A stretch of DNA of 64,000 bases from NCBI GenBank assembly GCA_001179505.1, contig CDMY01000456.1:1-64000 (forward strand), read 5' to 3'. The stretch's first letter is position 1, and each line of letters begins with the position of its first letter. This DNA is from Vitrella brassicaformis CCMP3155. Lineage: Eukaryota > Protista > Chromerida. Below are positions 1-12,093 of this stretch, one piece after another. Under the pieces are notes generated by a model. The model saw only the letters and a list, made by a program, of their open reading frames with translations. It made no database searches and was not told where the DNA came from. The position numbers and the translations under genes were made by a program.

Positions 1-204
1 GTCAGCGGCGTCGGAGATGGTCGGCCGCACGTTCTTTTTCTTTTTCGCCCCCTCTCCCTTTTCTTTCAGCCCCGCCCCCCGTCGCAGCCTCTTCCGATCC
101 CTCTCGCCCTCTCTCCCAGCCCCCCAGTGACCACCACCACTATCACCACCATGCCAACCCACCCCAACCCGATCGTCGGCATCTGACCACCCTTCCTTCT
201 GCTA

Positions 205-3006
205 ATGGCCGTGTGTGTGGCTCGACCGAGCATGTGTTTGACCTGGACCCAACCTCCCCCCCTCACCAGCCCCGCAGCGCCCGTCTCCCGCCCACCCCTC
301 TGGACCCAAGCTGTGTCATTGTCCCCGCCGCCGAAAGGCACGTCACACGACGAGTCGGCTACACGCACAGAGGGCGCAGACAAGACAGCTGTGGAGACCC
401 AGATGGTGGTCGAGCACTATGAGGAGGACCAGGAGGCCCGACAGGCGCGCGAGGCTGCCACTGCGGCTCGACCACGCCGGGCAAGCAGCCGCCGACCCGC
501 TACGGCATTTCGCGCGCCATTGACCAGGCCAATGTGGAGATCGCCATTCGCAAGGACGGCCTGATCCGGCCCAATATGGCTGTCGACGAGAGGAGGGCAG
601 AGGCGATGGGGACGAGCCAGGCGACGACATGCTGCCGGCCCAGCTGCAACTTCACGGCATCCTTTCAGTCCACCGACCCCCCCAGCCCATCGCACACTGC
701 ACCGCCCGTCCGCGGTAGCACCATGCACACCAGCACCCAGCAGTCCACTAAGACGACAGGCCGCATCGGCAGCGGCATGACCATCATGGAAGGCACGCTG
801 GTCGGCGTGCGCTCGAGCAAGGGCGGCGTGGACGACGCCTTCAGTCACGTGTCCAACAGCATCATGGCCTCAGCAGAGGAGCACAGCCCTCCCCGAAGGC
901 AGCAGCACAAGCCCACAGCCACCTGCTACACCATCGGACCCCAGATGGCCGGCTGCCACGGTCTGCTGCCCACTCGTATTCGCCACCCGTTTCCCCAGCA
1001 GCAGGTCCACCTGCCCTATGTGCCCGGGCAGCAGCAGATGCAGGAGGGCTATGGGATGCAGGAGGGGTATCACGTCGGGGCTGCTGATGCTGCAGCGGTC
1101 CGATGACGCCAAGAGGGAGCTTGAAGGCACGGTGCTATCCCCAGCCAGCCAGCGGCATCCCCCCTCCACCGAGGGCTGATGTCGCCAGGCCCCAGTTCAC
1201 CCTCAGCCGCCTCGGTCGCATCCATGGGGTCTGGCAGCGTGTCAGGGCGTCTTGGGCGGAAGGGAGGGCCTTCAGAGTGTGTGCTGACGTGTCTCGAGTG
1301 GGCCATCCGGCACCCGCCGATCTACGACCTCACGTCGCTGCGGCAGCTGCACCGCCTACTCACCTTCAACACCCTCCACCGCAAGCTCTATGGCCGCACC
1401 TCACTCTGGCCCCACTGCCCCTGCAGCTGTACCCCAGGCGCCCGGGTTACCCATCCTTCCCACACCCATTCGCTCGCCGGCCACCAGAGGAGGGGGAGGA
1501 GGAAGGCGACGTCGACGTCGACACACTGGACCGAGTCGACGTGAGGCGTGATCTGGGGGACAGGGCTTTGCCCATCGCGGCTTCACGGTCGCTGCCGCGG
1601 ACGATCATCTACCTGTATCCGTCAGTGCACCCGAGCAAGCTGCCCAGATTCCCGCCCCGACTCCGGTCGCTGCTAAGCCGGGAGATGGTTGAGCAGGTGG
1701 AGGGTGAGGGCGAGGAGATGGCGCCGTCACAGGCTGGCGAGGAGGAAACCAAGACACCATCAGCGGCGGAATCGACACAAGGTGCGGCTGGACACACCAC
1801 TAATGCGATCAATCAACATGTGACACGTGGTTCTGTTTTGTTCATTCAGCTGCTGTTGCGGATTCGTCATCACAGCCGTCTGAGGCACTCGCCAAGACAC
1901 CAATCGGCGCCCGGACGCCCATCCTCGAGAAGAGCCTCACCCCATCAGCATCCTCAGACAACCTCACCATCCAGGCGACGACAGCCACGTCAGGCTCGCC
2001 CACCAGACGGACAAGACCTCTCGGCGTCGTGCCGATCGAGAGGCCCACCACACCTTCACCATCCGCCAAGCCCATGACGGCCGACGATGAAGGCGAGAGC
2101 GGAAATACCCTGGCAGTGGGGTGTATGGGCATGGTGGCGGAGGGGGGATGGAGCAGCCGGTGCCATATGCGGGGCCGCCAATGGGACTGGAGCACACCAG
2201 CATTCATCGAGCCTTTCGCACAACATCTGAGGGTAAGCAGGGCTTGGGAGGGAGGGAGGGAGGGTGGCCATTCGTCCATCAGCCAGTCAATGGCCCTCCT
2301 CCCCCCGTCTCCCTCTCTCTTTCTCTCTTTCTCTGTGTGTGTGTGTCGGTCAGATGTGAGAACCAACATCCACGACCTGTTGTTGGCCGTCAAGAAGGGT
2401 CCCAGCACCAGCAAGCCGCTGAATGCCAACGCTCCGCCCTTCCCCGACCCCTCACTCCCCACCTACCGGCCCATCATTACCGCACTCATGAACCAAGGTA
2501 ACAACGATCTCGGCGTAGAGGCCTTGCTGCAGGAGGCCAGCAGCAGCCAGTGGTGTCAGAGCGGTGCGTGGTGGGGCGCCCCGTGCAGCCTCAAGTGTAG
2601 TGTCAAGGCAGATGGCGGTGTCGCGCCCTGCAAACGGGACATCATGTTGGCCGAGGTCAGTCAGTGAGTTAGCGAGTGGGAGAGCACAGAGACACCGAAG
2701 GATGGAATGAGGCACCTTTGGGCACCTGGTCGGTCTCTGTGTGTGTCATCACATCAGGTGTTCGGCCCTTCCCTGTTCTTCACTCCCATGCCCGAGGAGG
2801 GCCGCCAGCACACCACAACCACCACGTCGGTGATCAGCAGCAGCACCCACACCCACACCACCACCACCAACAGCCGCGCCGGCTCACGTGCCCCTCCCTG
2901 CCCGCCACCCTTCGCCCCATCTGTCGGCACCCTGGTGGCCAGCTGCGGGCTGCACCCGGCATGGGTGGACGTGCTCATGGCCCAGTGCCGTCGCTTGCCG
3001 CCATGA
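205..3006 (+). pseudogene. Fragmented hypothetical protein, low-complexity, with apparent frameshifts; possible degenerate AP2-like helix near 400-480
   Basis: Protein-like segments lie in different frames (205-564, 534-1106, 1179-1544, 2029-2667, 2757-3006), with GT-AG introns around 2232-2352 and 2656-2757. They do not splice into one clean frame. Confidence 0.3.
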
Positions 3007-3036
3007 TGGTGGAGCAGCTGACAACCAACACGGGCA

Positions 3037-3881
3037 TGGACGCTCAGCCCGTTCGTCTGTGTCACTGGACGAGCAGGGCGAGATGGAGCCGTCGGGTGAG
3101 CGCCGTTTGTGGCGCGCCGGCCGGTCACCTGGCCCGATGGTGGTGTTCATGGAGGCAGAGGAGGGCGACCAGTTGTCACTCGGCAACCGACGGGCGAGGC
3201 CATCCCGGCAGACCCGTTGGTCACAGCAGCCCACACACGAAGGCCAGCTCTACTACGAGCGAGAGACTCGGCAGCCGCCCTTCCTCCCCTCCTCAGGCGC
3301 ACCATTCGGCCACCGACCGGCGGCATCAGTGCAGACCTACCGCGCCCCTCCCTCTTCCCACCCCGCTCCCTGTGATGACAAGGCGGCTGTCGGCCACGAT
3401 GTGAGGGAGGCGGTGTCCGACAAGCCCGTCCTGCGGTGCGTCTGCTTCGACTGGTAAGTGGGTGACCCGGGCAGGTGTGCAGCGGTGTATGCACGTGCCA
3501 CTGTAATGCAATCGAGACACGGTCCCCATTGCACTGTCTTCATTCTTTTCCTCAGGTTGAGCCCTTCACGTGTCTCGCAACTTCCTTGATGCCCTCCGGC
3601 GCCGTGGTGTCCGTCTGGCGGCCGCCACAGGCAAGTACCGCCGCTTCCTCAACGTGCAGCTCGACTCCACCGGCTTCCGGCCCCTCTTCGCGGCCTCCGG
3701 TGGAAACCGGCGAACACTCGAGGAGTTCATATGTCATCTTCGGCGCTTCGGGAGATACGCACGTATGACCACACGCAAAGGATGTGCTCATCTCGCGTGT
3801 GCACATACTTGTGTGTCTCTGTCTGTGTGTGTATCTGTTTGTGTGTGTCTTTGTCTGTGTGTATAGGTGGAGGCGATTGGC
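3037..3881 (+). pseudogene. HAD-IA phosphatase (phosphoglycolate-phosphatase-like) copy 1, lacking the DGT/cap exon
   Basis: VLRCVCFDW is followed by an intron, then directly by the NFLDALRRRGVRLAAATGK exon. The roughly 400 bp DGT/cap segment seen in copies 2 and 3 is absent. The copy ends at an N gap. Confidence 0.65.
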
Positions 3882-4181
3882 NNNNNNNNNNNNNNNNNNN
3901 NNNNNNNNNNNNNNNNNNNNNNNNNNNNNNNNNNNNNNNNNNNNNNNNNNNNNNNNNNNNNNNNNNNNNNNNNNNNNNNNNNNNNNNNNNNNNNNNNNNN
4001 NNNNNNNNNNNNNNNNNNNNNNNNNNNNNNNNNNNNNNNNNNNNNNNNNNNNNNNNNNNNNNNNNNNNNNNNNNNNNNNNNNNNNNNNNNNNNNNNNNNN
4101 NNNNNNNNNNNNNNNNNNNNNNNNNNNNNNNNNNNNNNNNNNNNNNNNNNNNNNNNNNNNNNNNNNNNNNNNNNNNNNNNN
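3882..4181. other. 300-N assembly gap (others at 6336-6635, 12456-12755, 17037-17336, 28468-28767, 34499-34798, 51296-51595)
   Basis: All are exactly 300 N. Several have duplicated or homopolymer flanks, so they are placeholders of unknown size. Confidence 0.98.
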
Positions 4182-5049
4182 GGCCGGCTGTCTGGCCGTG
4201 CTGCCCTTCGAAAATCTTTGTGATGGCTGCGTGCATGTGTGTCCCTTTCCCCCTTCATGGCCTGGCTGATGACGGCTCTGCCCCTCACACTCACACACGT
4301 GTCCGCATGGCCGATGGGTTTCGTTTTCGCCTGCCTGTCCCTCTCGATTTCGTTCGTCTGGCCTGTCTGTGTGCGGCATTGCATTCTTTAGTCATTTTTA
4401 CTGTCATTTCTGACGTCATCTAGTCAGTTTTTACTCGGTGGCTGGCTGCCCGACAGACAAGGGGAGGGACGAAGAGAGAAGGAAAGCAAAGCCAAAGGCC
4501 CCCTGAAGAAGGCCGAGAGAGGGAAAAGAGAGGCCCACAAGAAGGCAATACCAAAAAGGAAATGATAGGCACTTCTTCCCTCCCCCCTCCAAGCACCGCT
4601 CCACCGACCGGTACGCAGGGCAGGGCTGTACGGACGGACATGCACTTGGCGCACACACACATGCAATGCACGGATGTCTTTGGTCGGTTGGCTGCTTCAG
4701 GTTGCGGGAAGGCCGCTGTGTGTGGTGTGGTGTGTTTGCTGCCCCGCCCGGCATGTTTGTTCATTCAGGTACACACACGCGAACACTCACAGATGTGCAC
4801 ACGTGACAGACACATGTGGTCGACCTCTCTGAGCTCCTTGTCTGTCTGTCTGTCTGCCTGTTGTCCTTCTGCAGGCCGGCTGCAGTCAGCCGCCGCCCAT
4901 TCACTCATCCATCCATCTACGGCTCCCCGCTTCTTGCCTGGGAGGAGGAAGGTACGAGACCTACACACACACACACATACACGGCGGAGGTCATCTCTCA
5001 TCTCTTGTTGTGCTCTCATGGCTGTCACGTGTGTGTGTGCAGGTGGGAG

Positions 5050-6335
5050 TGGTTGTGTCAGGCCGCGGGAGTGCCGTCTCCGCGCTGTAGATGCCGGGCC
5101 GCATGCCAGCAATGCGCCTGTGGGCCTTAGTCACTCGGCGATTGACGGGCGAGGCCATCCGGCAGACCCGTTGGTGACAGCAGCCCACACAGGAAGGCCA
5201 GCTCTACTACGAGCGAGACACCCCGCAGCCGCCCCACCTTCCCTCCCCAGCCACTGCACCATTCGGCCTCCGACCGGCGGCATCAGTGCAGACCGACCGC
5301 GCCCCTCCCTCTCCGCACCCCACTCCGTGTCATGACAAGGCGGCTGTCGGCCACGATGTGAGGGAGGCGGTGTCCGACAAGCCTGTCCTGCGGTGCGTCT
5401 GCTTCGACTGGTAAGTGGGTGACCCGGGCAGGTGTGCAGCGGTGTATGCACGTGCCACCGCAATGGTTGTTGCGTGTGCTGTGCACCACTAGGGATGGCA
5501 CTGTGGTCAATTCGGTGACGTCGATCATCCGGTGGTGCTGGGTGAGGGCCGTCAAGGAGGCCAAGAAGACCGCTCGCGACAACAAGAGGAGACGGCAGGC
5601 GGCTGATGGTTCTGGTGATTGTGACGATGACATGACTCTGATCCGCCGATGAACGAGAGGCGTCTGGAGAGGGAGATTCGCCAGACGACTGGCCTGTCGA
5701 TCGATGACGTGCCCCTGGTGCTCTGTCCGGACGATGACCAAGAGACGCACGAAGAGATCAAGGCCGCATACCGCACACACTGATGGGAAATCGAGACACA
5801 CACAGGTACATCGATCGACTCACACGACATACATGCCTCGATCGACTCAATGCAATGGGTCCCAATTGCATTGTCTTTCGTCAGGTTAAGCCCTTCGACG
5901 GGTCTCGCAACTTCCTTGATGCCCTGCGGCGCCGTGGTGTCCGTCTGGCGGTCGCCACAGGCAAGTCCCGCCGCGGCCTCAACGTGCAGCTCGACTCAAC
6001 CGGTTTCCGGCCCCTCTTCGCGGCCTCCCGCCCGGCGAACACTCAAGGAGTCAACATGTCATCTTCGGCGCTTCGGGAGGTACGCACGTACGACCACAAG
6101 CAAAGGATGTGCTCATCTCGCGTGTGCACATACTTGTGTGTCTCTGTCTGTGTGTGTATCTGTTTGTGTGTGTCTTTGTCTGTGTGTGCAGGTGGAGGCG
6201 ATTGGCTGTCTGTCTGGCTGGCTCGGGCAAGTCATTCCTTCGGGAGTGCATGCCTTCATCGGCAAGTCATTCCTCCGGGAGTGCGTGCCTCCAGAGTTCG
6301 GCTGGACGGCAGCCCTTCTTGGCCACCACTCCATC
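5050..6335 (+). pseudogene. HAD-IA phosphatase copy 2, frameshifted
   Basis: Motif I FDW|DGT is split by an intron. The cap segment EIRQTTGLSIDDVPL lies in a shifted frame and ends in TGA. Motif II region reads RRRGVRLAVATGKSRRGL. Confidence 0.7.
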
Positions 6336-7905
6336 NNNNNNNNNNNNNNNNNNNNNNNNNNNNNNNNNNNNNNNNNNNNNNNNNNNNNNNNNNNNNNNNN
6401 NNNNNNNNNNNNNNNNNNNNNNNNNNNNNNNNNNNNNNNNNNNNNNNNNNNNNNNNNNNNNNNNNNNNNNNNNNNNNNNNNNNNNNNNNNNNNNNNNNNN
6501 NNNNNNNNNNNNNNNNNNNNNNNNNNNNNNNNNNNNNNNNNNNNNNNNNNNNNNNNNNNNNNNNNNNNNNNNNNNNNNNNNNNNNNNNNNNNNNNNNNNN
6601 NNNNNNNNNNNNNNNNNNNNNNNNNNNNNNNNNNNAGTGGTTGTGTCAGGCCGCGGGAGTGCCGTCTCCGCGCTGTAGATGCCGGGCCGCATGCCAGCAA
6701 TGCGCCTGTGGGCCTTAGTCACTCGGCGATTGACGGGCGAGGCCATCCGGCAGACCCGTTGGTGACAGCAGCCCACACAGGAAGGCCAGCTCTACTACGA
6801 GCGAGACACCCCGCAGCCGCCCCACCTTCCCTCCCCAGCCACTGCACCATTCGGCCTCCGACCGGCGGCATCAGTGCAGACCGACCGCGCCCCTCCCTCT
6901 CCGCACCCCACTCCGTGTCATGACAAGGCGGCTGTCGGCCACGATGTGAGGGAGGCGGTGTCCGACAAGCCCGTCCTGCGGTGCGTCTGCTTCGACTGGT
7001 AAGTGGGTGACCCGGGCAGGTGTGCAGTGGTGTATGCACGTGCCACCGCAATGGTTGTTGCGTGTGCTGTGCACCACCAGGGATGGCACTGCGGTCGATT
7101 CGGTGACGTCGATCATCCGGTGCTGGGTGAGGGCCGTCAAGGAGGGCAAGAAGACCGCTTGCGACAACAAGAGGAGACGGCAGGCGGCTGATGGTTCTGG
7201 TGATTGTGACGATGACATGACCCTGATCCGCCGATGGACGAGAGGCGTCTGGAGAGGGAGATCCGCGAGACGATTGGCCTGTCGATCGATGACGTGCCCC
7301 TGGTGCTCTGTCCGGACGACGACCAAGAGACGCACGAAGAGATCAAGGCCGCATACCGCGCACACTGATGGGAAATCGAGACACAGGTACATCGATCGAC
7401 TCACACGACATACATGTCTCGATCGACTCGATGATTGTCTTCATTCTTTTCGTCAGGTTGACCCCTTCGACGGGTCTCGCAACTTCCTTGATGCCCTGCG
7501 GCGCCGTGGTGTCCGTCTGGCGGTCGCCACAGGCAAGTCCCGCCGCGGCCTCAACGTGCAGCTCGACTCAACCGGTTTCCGGCCCCTCTTCGCGGCCTCC
7601 CGCCCGGCGAACACTCAAGGAGTCAACATGTCATCTTCGGCGCTTCGGGAGGTACGCACGTACGACCACACGCAAAAGATGTGCTCATCTCGCCTGTGCA
7701 CATACTTGTGTGCCTCTGTCTGTGTGTGTATCTGTTTGTGTGTCTTTGTCTGTGTGTGTAGGTGGAGGCGATTGGCTGTCTGTCTGGCTGGCTCGGGCAA
7801 GTCATTCCTCCGGGAGTGTGTGCCTTCATCGGCAAGTCATTCCTCCGGGAGTGCGTGCCTTTAGAGTTCGGCTGGACGGCAGCCCTTCTTGGCCACCACT
7901 CCATC
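5050..7905. repeat. Tandem duplication of the HAD unit, offset 1588 bp including a 300-N gap
   Basis: ORFs 5131-5463 and 6719-7051 are almost identical and offset by 1588. Shared blocks also occur at about 3187-3500 and 3555-3881. Confidence 0.85.
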
Positions 7906-8095
7906 CCTGGTAAGTGAAACACAGCACGCACAGACAGACAGACCTACCTGCATCTTGGATGAATGGACGGGTGCATCTGTCTGTCTGTGTGTGCGATGTG
8001 TTTATGAATGCGTTCAGGTGCCGTGACAAAATGTGTCGGCATCCCGAGCCCGCAAATGGTCACTGAGATCCTGTCGGAGCTCGGCGTTGTCTTTG
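6636..8095 (+). pseudogene. HAD-IA phosphatase copy 3, the most complete, with a frameshift and in-frame stop
   Basis: Reads FDW|DGTAVDSVTSIIRCW, then after a frameshift EIRETIGLSIDDVPL...AAYRAH*, then PFDGSRNFLDALRRRGVRLAVATGKSRRGLNVQLDSTGFRPLFAASR. A final GIPSPQMVTEILSELGV resembles the motif III KP.P region. Confidence 0.7.
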
Positions 8096-8099
8096 TGTC

Positions 8100-9200
8100 G
8101 ACTGCGAACCGCAGCACTGTCGCTAAAGGCCATCTGCTGGTTGTGCAGACCGGCGCTTCTGTCCAGGCCGTATTCGCCATTCGCTCCGAGGGCCGCTACA
8201 CCAAACACATCCACACCACCACAGAGGCCAGTTTCCCTCTTTCTCGGCGTGACGCCCGTGGGTGTGGGGTGGGGGGGCTCTCCCTGACCGACCGAGTACC
8301 TCTACACCGTGCGCGGTTCGTCGAGCGGCCTGATGGGTGCGATCTTCAAGGACAAGTTCCAGCTGCAGGACCCCTTGTCCAACAACCAGTCCTTCCTCGT
8401 CACCATCAGCGGCGACACCATCGATAAGTCCGTCTCCACGTCGGCAGTCGGGGCGTCACCGTGCCTGGCGACCTGCTCCAGCCGGGCATCACGCAGAAGG
8501 GCCACCGCCTCCTGGCGAGGATCCAGCCCGCTGCCTTTGTCGAGTCAGCGCCGGCCTTCTATTTCTCCAAGTCCCCTGAGCAGCTGGACTTGCAGAATCT
8601 GCTGGTGTCGTACCCGACCTTTCTGCGGCTGGCAGAGCAGGCGGGCGGGCCACGGTCGATACGGCAACTCGGCACTGGGAGGGTCCCTGGTGGATATGCG
8701 GCACGACAAGAGGGGCCATGTTGATCTCGATGGGCCTACCCTCGATGCCATCGTCAGCGACCTGTCGGACTACAGCACCGTGTCCGACTACCGCGATATG
8801 GAGAACAGCGTCAACGAGGTGCGACGGGCGGGAGGAAAGACATCACATTTCTTCCTCACTCTTGTTGGTGTGCATGTGTGGCTTGATTGGCTCAGTCTCG
8901 TGGCATCATGGATGTGGTCTTTGCCGCGGCGGCTGTGGTGGTGATGGTGCTGTGTTTCCTCAGCCTGGTGTCGTCCACGGCCGCGAACATTTTCGAGCGG
9001 ACCAAGGAGATGGCCATTCTCCGATCCATCGGGGTCACCAAGGCACGAGTCACCACCCTATTCATCTATCAGGTGTCTATCGCACACATGCAGAAGGCAG
9101 ACACAGACATCCGTGTGTTGCAACTGGGGCCATTCATGTGCACACGTGTGTGTGGGTGTGTGTGTTCAGGCGTTCGTATTGATAACGTCAGCGTCGGACC
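8100..9200 (+). pseudogene. C-terminal fragment of an FtsX/MacB-type ABC transporter permease
   Basis: SRGIMDVVFAAAAVVVMVLCFLSLVSSTAANIFERTKEMAILRSIGVTKARVTTLFIYQ|AFVLI matches the ERxxExAILRSIG FtsX signature. It is truncated right after, and upstream exons contain frameshifts. Confidence 0.7.
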
Positions 9201-9399
9201 CCAGCCCCCGAGCAGCCTGATCCGAGCAAGCCGTGAGGGCCGCCCCTCCGCTAAGCTCGCAGCAGATGGCGCCGATCTGAACGCAGCATTGCGCTTGGAT
9301 ATTGACCATCTAAACAGGTAGTGGAAGCTCCGCTTGATCTGTTCCAAGCATAAACCATCTGTCTCCGTTTCCATTCAGGTTCTGGATGTCAGGTGAGGT

Positions 9400-10165
9400 G
9401 ATGGCATCTGAAGCCGTGAGTCGCTTCAAGGTGGCCATTCAAGGCAAAAGCGTCGAGGAGATAGCCACGCTGCTCAATCAGCAGGACAGGCAGAACTGGG
9501 CTGCATGCGTGGCGGTGCTCGACGAGAAGGTTCGAGGGAGAATGGTGGCCATCCTCAAGCAGCGCCATGAAGCGAAAACAGCAGCAGCAGCAGCAGCAGG
9601 GTCCTCGTCAAGCAACCAGAAGACGACCGACTTAAAACAACCAGCAGCAGCGGCAGCATCTACGAGTGGTCTACGGACACTTGCCGCTCTTGAGATTGAC
9701 GCCACCACATTGCGCGAGACCCTCTCCTCGATGCCGTCCGCAGGGCGCTCTTCACGTTTGGCGACGCCCAGGAATGCTCAGAGGCTAGCGCCACGGCAGC
9801 CCACCACTACCTCAACCACTGGCTGGCGGCTCTGGTGACCGTCTTTGATCAGTGCGACAGCCAGGCGGGCGGCAGGGGAGCGGCAGCCACCAAGTTCATG
9901 GCCTTCCTGAGCGATGTCTTCCCACAAGAGATGTCCGAGTACGACACGAAGAAGGCAGTGACGTCCAAGGCGACCGATGCCATAAATGACGAAGGAGAGG
10001 ACATCGAGGCCCTCACACACATGGCAGCCGCCGCCCAAGAGCAGCCAGATGGTGAAGCTGCTGCACCGGCGGCCATCCAGGACGGCCGCTGTCCCGCTGC
10101 GGACAGTCTGCTCCCCCCTGATCGCTTCTTCCACCGTCTGGCCTTCAGAGATGCGCGCAGCAGGT
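9400..10165 (+). pseudogene. Spt3/TAF13-like histone-fold transcription cofactor fragment, frameshifted
   Basis: ALFTFGDAQECSEASATAAHHYL and RLAFRDARSR resemble the Spt3 'M(F/Y)xFGD...' and 'RLxxADxRT' segments. There is a frame change near 9700 and no clear downstream exons. Confidence 0.45.
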
Positions 10166-12093
10166 CGCTTTGTGCGTGCATGCGGCCACCGCAGGCCGCG
10201 TCTTTTTGTATGTGTGTGTGTATGTGTGTGTGAGTGGTTTCTTTCTTTCTTCTGCGGGCTAATGTAATTGAGAGGAGCGGGGCGAGTGCGAGTGCGTGGG
10301 CGAGGGGAGACGGTGAGGCGTCGTGGCGTTGTGGGTCGGCGTGGTGGTGTGGTGACGGGAGGGGCGATGAGAGGGAGGAGAAGTGGTGCGAGAATGCCAG
10401 CTGTCTGTTGTGTGTGACCATCGAGTGGCTGTGGGAATAGATGGGTGGATGAGCACCATGCCTGCCTGTCTGTTTGACATGCGGCTGCCTGACCTGTCGA
10501 CTGTGATGCACTGTGTTGTGGGGGTAAGGGATTTGCTGCGGTGTTCGTCCGTGCAAGTGTCCGCCGTCAGGGGGCGCGCAATGCACATCGTTTGGTGCAG
10601 GCGTGAACTCTGACGCACGGGCCTTGCGGCTGGCTGTGCACTGGCCTCTCAAGGGGCGCGTGTGTGGCCGGTAGGTATACAGCCTTCAAGCTGTGGTCGC
10701 CGCGTGAACCTGGGATGTGCCACGCAGCCAGTCAGGACACCCTGACAGCCTTAGCTATCTTGGGGTCGAATGAATGAGTGTGTCCTGTCTGGGTGTGTGT
10801 GGTGTGAAGGTTTGTCTGTCATGGATGGGATGGACGACACGTTTTGACGACACACACACTTACTTGGTATACGACTGAGTTGGTGAATGGCTGCATGGAC
10901 TTCTTCATCCCACTGGCTCACCACACACCACCTACCTGCAGGCAGACAGACCCACACACGTGTACGTGTCTATTGACAGACAGACAGACAGACAGACTCT
11001 ACTGACCTGGAGGCGTAAGTGAGTGAGACTGGCACTCGTACCGTTCGGCAGGTGAATAGCGCCAGTCATTTTATCGCTTTTGTCCTGCGCGCCCCGCAGA
11101 TGAATGACATTGTGCCATCGTCAAGCCATCCCGGCCATCGCTCTCCTGTTCCCATCCCGGCCATTTGAGTATTGGCGTGACAACTTGGCTCTCTGTATGT
11201 GTGTGTGCGTGGCCACCTCGTGTGTGTGTGTGTGTGGTCCTTCATTCTTCACAGCTGCCTGCCGCTGACAGCGCACTGTCCGTACTGTACGTACAACTGA
11301 CTCGATCACTGAGAGACTGTCAGTCGATCACTTGTTTGCGTGAAGTACTTGCTGAAACCCTCTGTACCACCCACCCACTAGACTACACCATGTTGGAGTC
11401 AGTCAGTCAGTCAGTCATGCGTTCCTTTGCTCTCTGCCTGGCAGGCACTGCCCGCATTCATTCGTTTGGCAAGCCCTTCCGTCCCGTGTACGTCAATCGT
11501 TTGGATCTTTGCATTCCTACAGTACACCTCAGCTGGTGAACTTCAACTCGCCCACACAATTCACAGACAGAGATGCGCGGCGATCAGAATGAGATGTGTT
11601 GAATCAGAGAAGCCCCAACCGCAGCAGTCAGCATTACTTGATGGGAAGGGCACGGCGCCCGGTCGCTTTGGCTGTGCGCATGGATCACCCATGTGGTCTC
11701 GGTTGCAGCTCGCCAACGGCCAACGGTCTTGATGGTACGCTGTGCAGGGCATGGTGTTTTAGTCGGCTTGTTTGCCATATGGCTGCAATGAATTTGGGAA
11801 CATGAGTGCCCATGAAGCGATATACAAACATCCAGACCATGTCCATTCTCCATCACAGTCCACGCACTCTTCGGTCGGTCGGCATTGCTGTGGTGGGCCT
11901 GTCTATGGCTGCTGCGCTAGGTGAGGGACGGCAGTGGGTCTCATTGACTCTTGAGTGTGTCGATGAGACCCCCCACCCCACCACCGCACAGCAGCACAGG
12001 TTGCTCCCACATACATCCAAACGCATTCACACTCACACACACACGTGTGCACAGCCATGGCCATGCCTCCCTGGTGGCTCGCCGTCGGAGCTG

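Noticed and set aside
340-480. ApiAP2 domain call from EARQAREAATAAR
   Set aside because: Only the helix resembles AP2. The beta-strand part is in another frame and lacks the conserved aromatics.
1103-2077. Long alternative-frame and antisense ORFs (also 16019-16933, 21227-23818 read-through, 40701-41564)
   Set aside because: They run through introns or microsatellites or are GC-rich shadows of real genes, producing HT/CV-rich nonsense.
10300-12060. Short ORFs in the region upstream of the LINE
   Set aside because: No motifs, repeat-rich, and no consistent splice structure.
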